From Azolla caroliniana (Eukaryota > Plantae > Polypodiophyta): a DNA stretch of 64,000 nucleotides. Shown here in pieces: positions 36,445-48,900 of the stretch; within the stretch, counting starts at the first letter, position 1; each line of letters starts with the position of its first letter. A program made the position numbers and the translations under genes. Under the pieces are notes generated by a model. That model saw only the letters and a program-made list of their open reading frames with translations. It made no database searches and was not told the origin of the DNA. The DNA is taken from the NCBI GenBank assembly GCA_043228905.1, contig JBHGNT010000001.1, forward strand, positions 13,578,001 through 13,642,000, given 5' to 3'.

Positions 36445-39400
36445 TGTTAGAAATTTGTCCCTCCTATGGAAGAAGTCGATAGTTAGTCAAAGGAAGAAGT
36501 CGGTAGTACAATCGGCAAGCCGAGCACAAGATGGTCGATCGGATTGACCAATGCGTCAATAGGGTGGTCGACTGGTTTGAAGGAGATAGAGAGTTGACTA
36601 TGAACGTCAACTAGTTGGGTTGATTGGATGGTCAACAAGTTGGGCGGACTGATTATTTTATATATTTATATATATATATTAATAATATCATATCCCTCCT
36701 ATAAATAGGAATACCTAGGACAAACTCATGTGTAGCAACATAGAGAGAGAGCCTTCGGTGTAGAGAGAAGAAATGAGTGTAGTAGAGAGTAGGAAGAGAC
36801 GCAAGAGCATGCGAGTGAGTGGCGGCAGAGTTCAATACAACTTGCCCAAAACCCTAAGTGGTATTCTCTGTTAAATCAAAGATCTGTAATTTATTTTCTC
36901 TTTTGTACCTCTGTGTAAAGAATCAAGAGATAGATTCTTGTGAAGCAGAATAGGTGTGAACTATGTGTGTGTGTGTGTGTGTGTGTGTATGAGATAGAGA
37001 GAGAGAGAGACAGACAGACAGACAAACAGAGTGTATGCAAGGTTAAGTATATTAACAAAGGAGAAAGACACAACATACTACAAGGTGGGAGGAGGGTGCT
37101 TTATGTAGTCACCCTCTCTCTTCATTAACTACAACACTCATGGAGCATGGGGAATGTGAAAGCTCATAAGTTATGTGTCATAGAATGTGATTCTATGACT
37201 CATACTAAATCCTAAAATACAAAGTGGTGACATAATGGTGACTCTTGACCGTTGGAGTGTCTCTTCACTCTCAAGGTCAGTTCACACACTAGACCAAGTT
37301 GAGCTTGATTCTCAACACGCCCCCTCAAGCTCAAGTCGGGTCGGTTTCAGACGGTATCTGAAATCCGCTTCAACTCACGTTCGGGAGTCCGCGTCGACTC
37401 GCTTTATGTGGAGTTGCGGAATCCGTGCTCCAACTTGCATTGTGCGTAGTTACAAAGTCTGTGCTTCGGCTTGCGTGCGTAGTTGCGAAGTCTGTGCTTC
37501 CGCTTGCGTCTTTCTTCGCGGCTTTGCGCGGTAAATCGGCTCTTCGCTGCTTTGTTGCGTGGTTGCGTGGTTGCGGAATCCACGCGTTATTGCGTAGTGC
37601 GTGGTTGCGGAATCTACGCGTTATTGCGTAGTGTCTTCAGTACTCCCCCTCAAGCTTGGCAGGTCAGGAATCGTCAATCCGAGATCGGTCATGAATTGCC
37701 ATAGCTTGTCGGCTCCTAAGGCTTTAGTGAAGATGTCGGGTGTTTGAAGATTGGTGCTAATGTGTTGTAGGTCGACATCGCCAGCTAGAACACGCTCTCG
37801 GATGAAGTGATAGTGCACTTCGATGTGCCTTGTCCGCGCGTGGAGCACCGGGTTCCGAGCCAGATAGATATTGCTCATGTTGTCGCAGTAAAGGGAAGTC
37901 AGATCCTTGATGGGTAAGCCCAGATCCTTCAAAATCCTCTTGAGCCATACGGCTTCACACGCAGCTACGGCTGCTCCCCTGTATTCCGCCTCCGTACTCG
38001 AAAGAGCGACGGTAGGCTGCTTCTTGCTACTCCAGGATATTGCTCCGCTGCCTAGGGAGAAAACAAATCCGGAGGTTGATCTTCTATCGGCTTTGTAGCC
38101 GGCCCAATCGGCATCTGTGTACCCCTCGAGGCGTATTGGCATCGCGGTCTTGTAGAGGATGCCAGAATCCATTGTGTCGCTCTCGTACCGTAGAACTCGC
38201 TTAGCGCAATCCAAGTGAGTATCACGCAGTGTTTGCATGAATTGACTAAGGAGACCGACTGGATAACTAAGATTGGGTCGAGAGATCGTGAGGTAGATGA
38301 GACTCCCGATGAGTTGCCGATACTGAGTCGGCTCACACGCTTTGGTGCCAGAGTTCGCATCGAGTTTGAGATTGCGATCGAGCGGGGTTGCCGCGGATTT
38401 GCACTGAGCCATCCCGAACTTGTATAACAAGTTGAGGATGTAGTGCCGTTGAGAGATCCTGATTCCGGCTGGAGTCCGAATTACCTCGATGCTGAGGAAG
38501 TAGTGGAGCTCCTTCATGTCCGTCATCTCGAACTTGTCGGAAAGGAGGGATTTGACCTTATTGATTTCGACGAGATGCTCACCTCCAACGACTAGGTCAT
38601 CCACATATAAGATGATGACGATCGGACTTGCGGAATCGCTTCGTATGTAGAGGGACTTGTCCGATTTTGTCATACGGAAGCCGATTTGATGAAGATATTG
38701 CGTTATCTTCGAATGCCAAGCACGCGGTGCTTGCTTGAGGCCGTAAAGTGGCTTCTTGAGTCGGCAAACAGCTTTCGGATGGGTGCTCGAGTTGAAGCCG
38801 GGTGGTTGGATCATGTACACCTCCTCTTCTAATTCGCCTTGTAGAAAGGCGTTCTTGACGTCCATTTGATGGAGGTGCCACCCTTTCGCCGCGGCAATCA
38901 CAATTACGGTCCACACCGTTGTCATCTTTGCCACCGGGGCAAAGTTCTCTTCGTAGTCGACGCCATACGTCTGAGCGTATCCTTTCACTACGAGTCGAGC
39001 TTTGTAGCGGTTTACGGAGCCATTGGCGTTATACTTCACCTTGTAGATCTATCTGCATCCGATCGCCTTTTTGTGTGGTGAGGTGGGAACGAGATCCCAC
39101 GTCTCGTTCTTGCGTAGTGCATGCGTCTCCTCGTTCATGGCTTTGATCCATCGCGGATCTTTGGCTGCTTCGGAAAAAGTTTCTGGCTCGCGTATTGTCG
39201 CCACCTTCATCATAAAGGCATCGTGATATGCCATGTAGTCGTTGTAGCCGAATCGGCTGACCAAATTCTTTTCACGGGTGGAGCAAGGGAGCTTTTCATT
39301 TGCAGAGATGAGGGCTTTCTTAGCTCCGATTGGTACATCAAAGCCACCAAACTCATTGTCGAGTGAGTGAGTTGATTCATCATCGTCGAAGCGATCGTCT

Positions 39401-42400
39401 TCGTATTCCGCCATTTTCGCCTTGCCTTTGTCCATCTTCGGGCTAGGCCATGATGTGCTTTGATCGCTCGGAGGCTCTTGTGGTCCGCTCAGTCGGGTCG
39501 TGATCGGACTTTCTTCGAACATGCGCGTAAAATGATCTTCATCCTCTATCTCTTGTTCAGCGGATTCCGGGTCGAGTGGAGTCGAAATTGAAGTTGTCTT
39601 TGGTGCGTACCAGGATGCGGACTCGTCAAAAACGACGTCTCGACTTACTTGAGATTTTCGAGTTGAGGGGTTGTAGCACTTGTACCCCTTTTGCTCTAGT
39701 GAGTATTCTACGAGGATACATTTCTCCGACTTTGGGTCAAGCTTTTGACGCTTCTTGTTGGGGATGTGCACGTACGCTGTCGCGCCGAATATTCGGGTGT
39801 GTGATAAGTCCGGCTTCTTTCCGAAGTATTTTTCGTGCGGAGTGACCTCGTGCACACCGGATGTTGTGCACCGATTCATTACGTAGACGGCCGTATTTGC
39901 AGCTTCAGCCCAATATGACTTGGGCATATGCTTCTCATTCATCATTGCTCGCGCTACTTCGAGGATGTGCCTATTTTTGTGCTCGGCAACTCCGTTTTGT
40001 TGCGGAGTGTGTCAGCAAGTGAATTCTCGCCGAATTCCTTCCTTTCGGAGATACGCCGTGAAATCGAAGTACTCCTTGCCGCCATCCGATCGAAGACAAC
40101 GTACATGTCGGTCCATGGCTTTCTCGACTTCATTCTTGAAATTTTGGAAGTGTCCGAACACTTCGCTCTTTTGCCGCATCGGGTAGATCCAAGTGTGCCT
40201 AGAGAAGTCGTCGATGAAGAGCACGTAATACCGGCAATCGCCGAATGTAGCCCTCTGCGCCGGTCCCCATACGTCGGAATGGACTACGTCGAGTAGACCT
40301 TTGCTCACATTTCACTCTTTCGGGAATGGGTGTCGGTGTTGCTTGCCGAATTGGCACGCTTTGCATACACCTTCAATCTCTTTCTCTTTGAATGTTGGGA
40401 GTCCGATGATGACTCCTTTCGATTTCATTGCTTTGAGTTTGTTGAGATTGATGTGGCCGATTCGCTTGTGCCATAACTCTATGTCGGAGTCGGCTTTCGT
40501 GCTTTTTGCAAACATAGCGGATTTCATCTCACGTGAATCGAGAATGAACATCCGGCCCTCTCTTCGTCCGCGTGCGATGAGTCAGCCTTCTTTTTAGATG
40601 AAGCAAATGCCTTGATTAAATCGAACTTGGTTCCCTTGCTCTACAATTTGGCCGACGAAGACCAAATTCTTCGTAATGGTCGGTACATGCAAGACATTTT
40701 TAATGTAATTTTGCTTACCTTCTTTTCCGAACGAAACATTGCCAATGTGCCGAATCGGGTGCGTAGTGTCGTCTCCGGTTTCGACATAGCTGGGTCAGTC
40801 CGGCTCTCGAAGTTCTCGGAACCATTCTTGATGCGATGTCATATGGTTCGAGGCACCGGAATCGACGAACCATACGTCTTCCGGACCGGAGGCACTAGTT
40901 GAGGTAGCGGCTGACATAGAGTTTGCTCTATGTTTCATCATGAACATTCCACCACAGTCGAAGTTGTGTGCATGCATTCCGCTACGATCTTCGTAGTCGG
41001 AGTTGTCCCCGTACATTCCGCCACGGTCGGAGTTGTGTGCATACATTCCCCCACGATATTCGTAGTCGGAGTTGTGCCTGTATATTCCACTATACTCTTC
41101 GTAGTCGGAATTGTGCGCGTAATTCGTGAGTTGTCGGCTTGTGGAAGCCGATTCACGCATCTTCTTTCGGCACTCTTCTTCGTGGTGGCTGAGCTTTCCA
41201 CAATATCCGCATTCGGTTGCGTTTTGATGGCTCGGGCCAGAGTGGAAGCTCCCCCTTCTTGCGAAGGTTCCTCGTTGGCTTCCGTTTTGCGACCGAAATT
41301 GGGAGTTATTATCGTAGGTCGGACCTCGTCCGTCTTGTCCTTGGCTGAATCGGCCTCTCGACCGTCCAAGTCCTCTTCCTCCGTTTGAGTGCGTGTAGAG
41401 CATGTGGCCTTCCGATTCATTGCTCCTTGTACGCACGTGGTTTTCTTCGACCAATAGCATAGATTGGAGCTCGAAGAAGGAGGGAGATTTCTCTCGTGCT
41501 AGAATGGCGGTTCGCATCGCGCTGAACCGTGGTGCGAGGCCGCCGAGGCATATTTGCACCATCTCATCATCATCAATACTTACGCTTATTGATCTGAGCG
41601 AGTCACAAAGCTCTTTGATCTTCAAGGTGTATGTCGTGATGGACATGTCCCTTTGTTGAATGTTGTTCAACTCTTGGCGGAGTTGAAGCTTCCTCGCGGT
41701 CATGTTGGCGGCGAAAATCTTTCGTAGATTTTCCCACGCTTCCTTCGGCGTCTTGGCTTCTCGAATGTAACCGAGCATGTGATTGTGAACACATGTCGCC
41801 AATCAATACATCACGCGGCTTGCGGCTTGCGGCTTGCTCCCATGTTGCGTATTCGGGAGCCGCTTCGGCGGGTCGGTCTTCATGCGCTCCTTTGCTGTAG
41901 CTCCAATAGCCTTGTCTGACAAGGTATTGGTGCATCTTGTACTCCCAAGATGCGAAGTTGTTTTGATCCAACTTCTCGGTAGGGAGAGCGCTCCCCATTT
42001 GAGTATTCATTATGTCGATTCTTCTTCTCTCTTCGAATGCGAGCTATGCAACGAAGCTACGATAGCGATGAGCCGGTTCTTGGTCATTGGTGTGGAGCAC
42101 AACACACGATCACGATGAGGCAAATGGGCTAGATCGAGCTACCAAATCGCTCTGATACCATGTAAAGAATCAAGAGATGGATTATTGTGAAGCAGAATAG
42201 GTGTGAACTATGTGTGTGTGTGTGTGTGTATGAGATAGAGAGAGACTGAGAGAGACAGAGAGAGACAGAGTATACGCAAGGTTAAGTATATTAACAAAGG
42301 AGAAAGACACAACATAATACAAGGTGGGAGGAGGGTGCTTTATGTAGTCACCCTCTCTCTTCATTAACTACAACACTCATGGAGCATGGGGAATGTGAAA

Positions 42401-43050
42401 GCTCATAAGTTATGTGTCATAGAATATGATTCTATGACTCATACTAAATGCTAGAATACAAAGTGGTGACATAATGGTGACTCTTGACTGTTGGAGTGTC
42501 TCTTCACTCTCAAGGTGAGTTCACACACTAGACCAAGTTGAGCTTGATTCTCAACACTCTGTTATATAGTGGAAATTTGTTGTTCCGTGGTTTTCCCGTT
42601 TTAGGGTTTTCACGTAAAATACTGTGTACTATGCATTTCCTATTTTTTGCTTTGTGTATTTCAACTATTATTTCTTGTCTACTCACAGTCCTATCTCAAC
42701 AATTTGGTATCCGAGCCTAGGCAAAATGCACGACTTTCCAGATATGATAGTCTTGAACTCACACAACTACTTAGACTAGAAGATCAAGACCGAAGATCTC
42801 CTAATAGTCAAAGATTTGTACGAGTCCATAAACAGAGAAGAGATACCCACAGGGGTATTGGAGTCTGAATGGAAAATCCTAAATAGGAAGGCGGTGGCCA
42901 CGATCAAACAGTTTGCAAATGTGAGAGTCTTGCATCACGTCGTTAACGACACAAATACCTATGAAATGTGGCATAAACTGTCAAGGTTGTATGAGAGGAA
43001 TAATGCCCTCAATCTTTGATGAGAAAGATCATAAGACTGAAGTCTAGAGA
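36445..43050 (+). mobile_element. Truncated copia: LTR (36445-36913 + 42557-42701), PBS and gag start; host of element D
   Basis: TGTTAG start, TATA CCTATAAATAGG at about 36697, end TCAACA at 42701, PBS TGGTATCCGAGC at 42705, gag-like WKILNRKAVATIK. Confidence 0.75.
36914..42556 (-). mobile_element. Ty1/copia element D, full length, mildly decayed; LTRs 36914-37317 and 42161-42556
   Basis: TSD CTCTG; PBS TGGTATCAGAGC at 42160-42149; PPT TTGAGGGGGCG. Gag (42010), WFVDSGASNHM, integrase, and an RT/RNase H ORF at 37621-39039. Confidence 0.95.
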
Positions 43051-44222
43051 CGGTGAAAGCATATTCACCAAGTCGACTAGTTCTCGGCTTCGACCACAAT
43101 CGGTCTCCCCTCTTTCTTGATCGACTATGGTTTCGACAAGTTCTGTCGGTTTGGTCTGTCGATGGACTAGTTCGGTTGATCAACTCGATCTCTTTCAGAT
43201 GGGCTTCCTCCAGCTTGTTAATGGTGAGCTCCATCGATTTTCGCCAAATATCCTTAGTGTGGAGTTGTCCGATTGTTTCATCCAAATTGAGATTTGGACA
43301 ATTGTTGGAGAATATCGTGTAGAAAACCTCCCAACTTGCCGTCAAGCTCGATAGGAGGGTAAGGGCTTTCACTTCTTCTTCAAACTTAATCCCTTTGGAG
43401 AAGAGTTCAGATAACACCCAGTTGAAGGTGTTGATGTGGGAAGTTGGTGGGTCTGTCTCTCTTATCTTCATGTTGAATAAATGTTGGATCAATGTCAACT
43501 TTGAAGAGGAGGACTTCTTTTCATACACCACCAATAACTTTTCCCATAAAGAGAAAGCTATTGTCTCTATGGCCATGCTGAATTAGACATTTTCAGCTAG
43601 ATGCATACGAATGGTCAACCTGACTATTTCGTCCAGTGAGTGTCACTCTTCTGCTGGCATCGAGCCTGGCTTGTTGGTATGCCATATTGTCTGAATTTGA
43701 CGTCGGATGATCAGCACATCTTACATAATCTCCTTTAATAGGGCAAAAAAAATTCCATCAAACTTTCCGTTTTTAACTCCTATACCAGATGTTGAAGACA
43801 TGTTCTGTAGGAAGGAAGATTTAACGAACCTGGTCTTTTCTTTGAGCCGAATAGCTTCTCCTCTTACTTTTCTGCTATTTGTGATTGCTGAACGACAAGT
43901 CGTTCTCATACCAGTTGTTGGTAGATATGCGCATAAGAACATGTGAGGACCTGTTGATCTATGAACATCAAACAATACAGATGTGTGATAAGAGAAAGAG
44001 GTGAGAAGGTAGACACACATATCTAAGTTTCAATGGAAGTCCTCGATTATTCTCTTCAATGGAGGTTCTAGATTATTCTCTTTCATGCAACTCTTACACT
44101 CTCTGAGACTCAAGATACAAGAAGATATTGTTACAATGTTAGTTTAGAGCTTATATACCAAGCCCTAACTATTTGGACATGTTCACACTAGGATACAAAG
44201 TGGAAGGAGACGGCCTTTTATG
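43050..44222 (-). mobile_element. Copia family C fragment (LTR/leader + gag)
   Basis: Closely similar to 14370-15338; gag KFDG..LWEKL..LIQHLFNMK. Confidence 0.8.
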
Positions 44223-44224
44223 GT

Positions 44225-44815
44225 TGTTGAGTGTCAAGCTCAACATTGAGTGCATAATACGGTGCGTAACCCAGTGCGTAGACTGGGTGCATAAAACAGT
44301 ACACATAAGGTGGCTGTATCGGTGCGTAAACCGGAAGGCCATTAGTATGGTATTCCTCGTAAGGAATAATTTTGGGAGTTAGTGTAGTAGGCTCATTTAT
44401 GAGCATTCAAGTACTGTCAGTACTTGTGTCAGCCCGATAGTCAGGGCTTGTATAAAAGTGCTCACTGAGCACATCCTATGTATAGACTGAGTATTACTTT
44501 TGAATTGAGTTTTTTGTATTCTCTCTCTCAGTCTCTCTCGCCGCTCCCTCAAGCTATTCTTTTCCATTTTCAATCGAATCCTCCGAAGTGTCTTCTGGAA
44601 AAGCTCCAATGATCAACCCACCGAATTTTGGTGGGCATCTTGCATTGCACAACAAGCGTTGTAAGCAAGAAATGCTAGTTTTCCTCTTTCTGAAAAAAGG
44701 CAATAGTTTTTTTTCTTTTCTGCTAAATTGCCATTCCTCCTAGTTGATCCAAAAAAAGAGTACGAGTATGATCGTATAGAGTCCCTGCGAGAAAGAAAAG
44801 GGATGCACCTATCAA
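44225..44815 (+). mobile_element. LTR-like fragment related to the LTRs at 11393 and 61906; truncates the transposase-like pseudogene
   Basis: TGTTGAGTGTCAAGCTCAAC start and GCTCATTTATGAGCATTCAAGTA block shared with 11393-11690. Right boundary uncertain. Confidence 0.6.
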
Positions 44816-44819
44816 ACCA

Positions 44820-45716
44820 GCGGGGTATGACCACATTGTTAAACTTCAATCTCCATAAACGATTAAAATGTCGATATTGTATATAAGGTACACTTTCCAA
44901 TAACATGTCATCCTTATAGGCTTGGTATACCTCACGATGAATGAAGTTATCTAACAAATGTAACCTTCCAATGGTGGGCATAACATCACATTACTTCGAG
45001 AAATAAATCTTCATCCATCTAATTGCATGTCGCCCAATCATGCTCTTACATGAAGATTCTCTATTGTTGAAAGGCACCCACCACCCCTTTAGTAATCGAT
45101 GTTGAATTCTCCGTAGCCTCATGTTCCCGATGCTATAAGCAATTTTAAAAGCAACATGACAACTCTTCGTAGTAAGTGAAAGGTAATATTCCACCTGTTG
45201 AGAACACGACACTACCAAATGGTCCTTAACAAGTTGCATATTGGCAATCAAGAATGTATCTTGTTCGTCGCCATTGAGAGACAAATACTTTTGTCGCAAC
45301 GCCCCCAAGTTTGCCTTTCCAAATTTTGATAGACAAAGGCTCCCACATCATACCTTGCATATGTCAATTGAAATTTGTCGATCCGAACACAAAAAATTAT
45401 ATCGTTTAACACTCACTTGTCGAGGAACTCTTTGAAAATTTAGAGGCTTATTGACACAGTCTTCGTTAGCATTTGATAAACTAGACTCGACATGAGTTGT
45501 ATCTACTTTAATATATCTTGTTTTACCTAAGTTTAATGGCTCTATCGAAAAAATTGACGTCGAGCTTTGCTCTTCATTGTCGTTGGTCTTAACATGGCAC
45601 CTTTTATTATTAACATGGCTATATTCCTCGATTGAGAATAAGGAGTTATCAGATAATATAACATGCTCAATAGAAAACAGAGAATTTTCACTCGACTTTG
45701 AGGACATTTTGCTCAA
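44820..45716 (-). pseudogene. N-terminal half of a putative DNA-transposon transposase (Sola/DUF7869-like), truncated
   Basis: Three ORF-track segments are one frame split by two stops: C..CGSLCL..LRQKYLSL..EQDTFL..YYL..CHVAFKIAYSI, then [39 protein letters not shown]. Catalytic domain missing. Confidence 0.5.
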
Positions 45717-45919
45717 GGCTAAGTAACACCAATAACGTCCAAAATAGGCACAAGCTTGGTTCTATAATAAGCACCATGTCCAAAAACATATTTTTTATTT
45801 TTTTTGAAATAAATAAAAATACTTTTAAAAAAATTAATTTTGAAAATACAAAATAAAAATTATATCAAGGGAAGTATTCTTCTATTTCTCATTATCACGT
45901 TCAAGCAGAAGAAGAGCAC

Positions 45920-48900
45920 ATGAGCACAAGACAGCAACCGAAATCGTCGAGTTTTCACCTCCCCAGTCAAGTAAACATCTCTGACATCAACATGAACAAG
46001 GGAAAGAAAATTGCCAGGTATGTTTTCCAACCCAACATTTTAGATTCCAAAAAGATTCCTTAAAGATTCTTTTTTGTTTTATTCAGTTTTTGCTTCCATA
46101 ATCGAGGTGTATCCCTTTCAAAGAGAACTCGATGCGCTACATCAAGTTCCCGTTGAAAGGGACACTTCTTTCAAGAACTCAATGCACTGCATCGAGTTAT
46201 CGTTGAAAAATGGGCTTTTCATGATCAATTGATTAGATTTGGTCAAATTTTTGCTGTTTTTTGGTCTATTTCTTCAAGTTTTATATGTAACATTCTATAA
46301 AAAACGTATGATTTTTGCTAATTTTTACCTTAGTTAAGAGATCTATATTGTTTATTATTAACATTATTGTTATATCCTTGTGTCATGACTTGTTGTTTTC
46401 AGTGAGCCACGACAGAAGGTGTTGTCCTTCAAACTAAAAATTCCATCACCAACAAAAAGACCTTCTAACACCATGATGAAGGCTGATTCTTACAAAACAT
46501 TTATCGAGTCAGGAGGTGACGACACTTCAAAGTCTTTTGTCGGTAACACACCGAAGATTTTAGGTGAAAAGAGTGGGGAGCCTCACCTGAAGAGCTACCT
46601 CGATGTGGAGTGGACACTGATCTTCACCGAGGAAGAAGGGGACCTCCTTCTTATTCTTGCAAAGTCTGAAGGTGAAGGCGAGTTGCAGGTGGGAAAGACA
46701 TTGACCTACGGCTATGTACGGAACATCGAATATGAAGACAACGACTCATTGAACCTCTTCTTTGATGTTGATAGCTCGGTGGGGTTTCGCATAGTCAAGA
46801 TCGATGAACGTAATTTCATAACTGACTCCTGCCACCCTAAAGCCCTAAAAAAGGATGTTCAGACAAAAAACAACTTGATTGTTGCTTTGTGCCCGCACAT
46901 TAAGGGAGAGTTGATGATCACACAAGCAACAACCCCACCAAAATCTGCCAAGAAGTCCAAACCGGAACATAAGAAGTACAAGAAAAGGCAGCAACCAGAA
47001 GAGGACGGGCCAAAGGTCCTTGAGTTCATAGAAGATGAGGAGGAAGAAGCTGAGCTCGAAGTTATTCCTCTAGGGGGGCACATTTCATCGGGGATACTCA
47101 CCTCAGAGCAGAACTAGAACAGAGAAAATATTGTAAAGATGATGCTTGTCCGTAAAGGACAATTATTTCACTTACCAATATGCTCTATTCAATGGCCACC
47201 CATCGATCCGGAGACAGGAAGACGGGCTCTAGAAATTAGAGAGCCACATTCAGTGCATGTGCAGAACTTAAAAAGAAAAATGAAGATTAATCCACATGCA
47301 ACTTAGTGCCATTCTTAGTAATGGTCGTCCTAGATCAATGCCCTACTGTTGTTGACTTCAAGTACAGTTCGACAGATGACTACACATACTATGTGATTGG
47401 AGGACCCCACTCTGTTGAAGCCCGACGTCAACTAGTCAAGGTGTATCCTCTTACCCCTTTCTTCAAGTATACAGAATGTACTGCAGAGTGTATGCATGCC
47501 TTACACATGAAGAAGCCAAGTTGTTAGCTTGGGATCATAACAACGATAATGACTATAGACAAAAGATGTCATGTATCGAGCACATCAGGTTCTTCCATCA
47601 CGAGTACCTTGATGCGTTGCAAAAATTTGGTCCTCGTCTGCATCCTGGATTGCGACGACAATGTCTGCTTGAAGTGGGGATAGCAATTGACGAAAGCACC
47701 AAGTTTGAAGGCCTGAGAAAATATGACTCATGGTTTCAACTTGCCTTTAGAGCAAGGGAGGTGTGGGACCTCCAAGATCGCATTTTTAGTATGTGGGAGC
47801 GTAAAGAAATAAAGGGTCAAAAATCAAAGAAGGCTAAGCTCGACCCATAGGTGGAGATGAAATCTAAGTCACATAAAAGTGACTTAGTAATTGAAGAGTT
47901 AGCCGAAGATATGAAGCTACTTCCATGGCGGACTCCGCAAGGAATTAAGGATGACAGATTATTTATATCTATATTATCAAGAGTGGCAGCCAAGGAGTTT
48001 AGCGTTGACGAAATGGTCACAGAGTTTCAAAAGTGAGTCATCTATGTCCATGTATCATTTTGATTTGATTGCTTTGTTGATTTGTTCTTTTTTCTAATTT
48101 CATTTTCTTTTGTTTTTTAGCCATAAGGTGTGTATGAAGATTCAAGAGCTAATGATGAAAAAAAATTCCCTGCCTACATGGGAAGAAGTGGAGCAATCTT
48201 GCCCAAAAACATCATCTTACAAGGCTCTTGAAGAATTCTTTATCGTGTTTAGAGAATGGGTATGTATGTTCTAGATACAAATATTAATTGATTTTTGGAT
48301 AATGGGTTTCTTCTTACAAAATTTATTATTACAGAAACCACCTCGTTCAAAGAAGAATAGTGACAACGATGAAGGCATACCTAACGCCTTCATCACCCAT
48401 TTGGAACGAGCTAAATACGAGAAACGTATGACAAATGGAAAGGAGCTCGAGGTGCCTGAGGACTCAGATACCGTCAAAAGCTTTTTGCACAAGAGTGATC
48501 CTTTCCGACAATTGTATTATTGTGTATATAATGGTGATGTGGGTAATATGCTTGACATATTACCCAAGAAGAGACATTATACACTGCTCGTCGTGGATAT
48601 ACCGTATGGCTTCAAAATATCAGGCTCGATATACGACGATGTGCCATACAAATATCCACAAATAGAGAAGATGGTTAAGGACTTCGCGGAGCTGACCTTA
48701 GCACCATTATGGAGTATTGTTATATTTCACAGTATGGGTTAGGCGTTATCGGTCACGACTACATTGAAGTCGAGATGCCATGCCACCGAACATATGCATT
48801 GGTTAGCATTATGTTACTATATATTTAATGTATGGATTCTATGTTGCTTACTATGTATATTTATTAACTTGTTTCAATTCCATTATACAATAGGGTTAAA

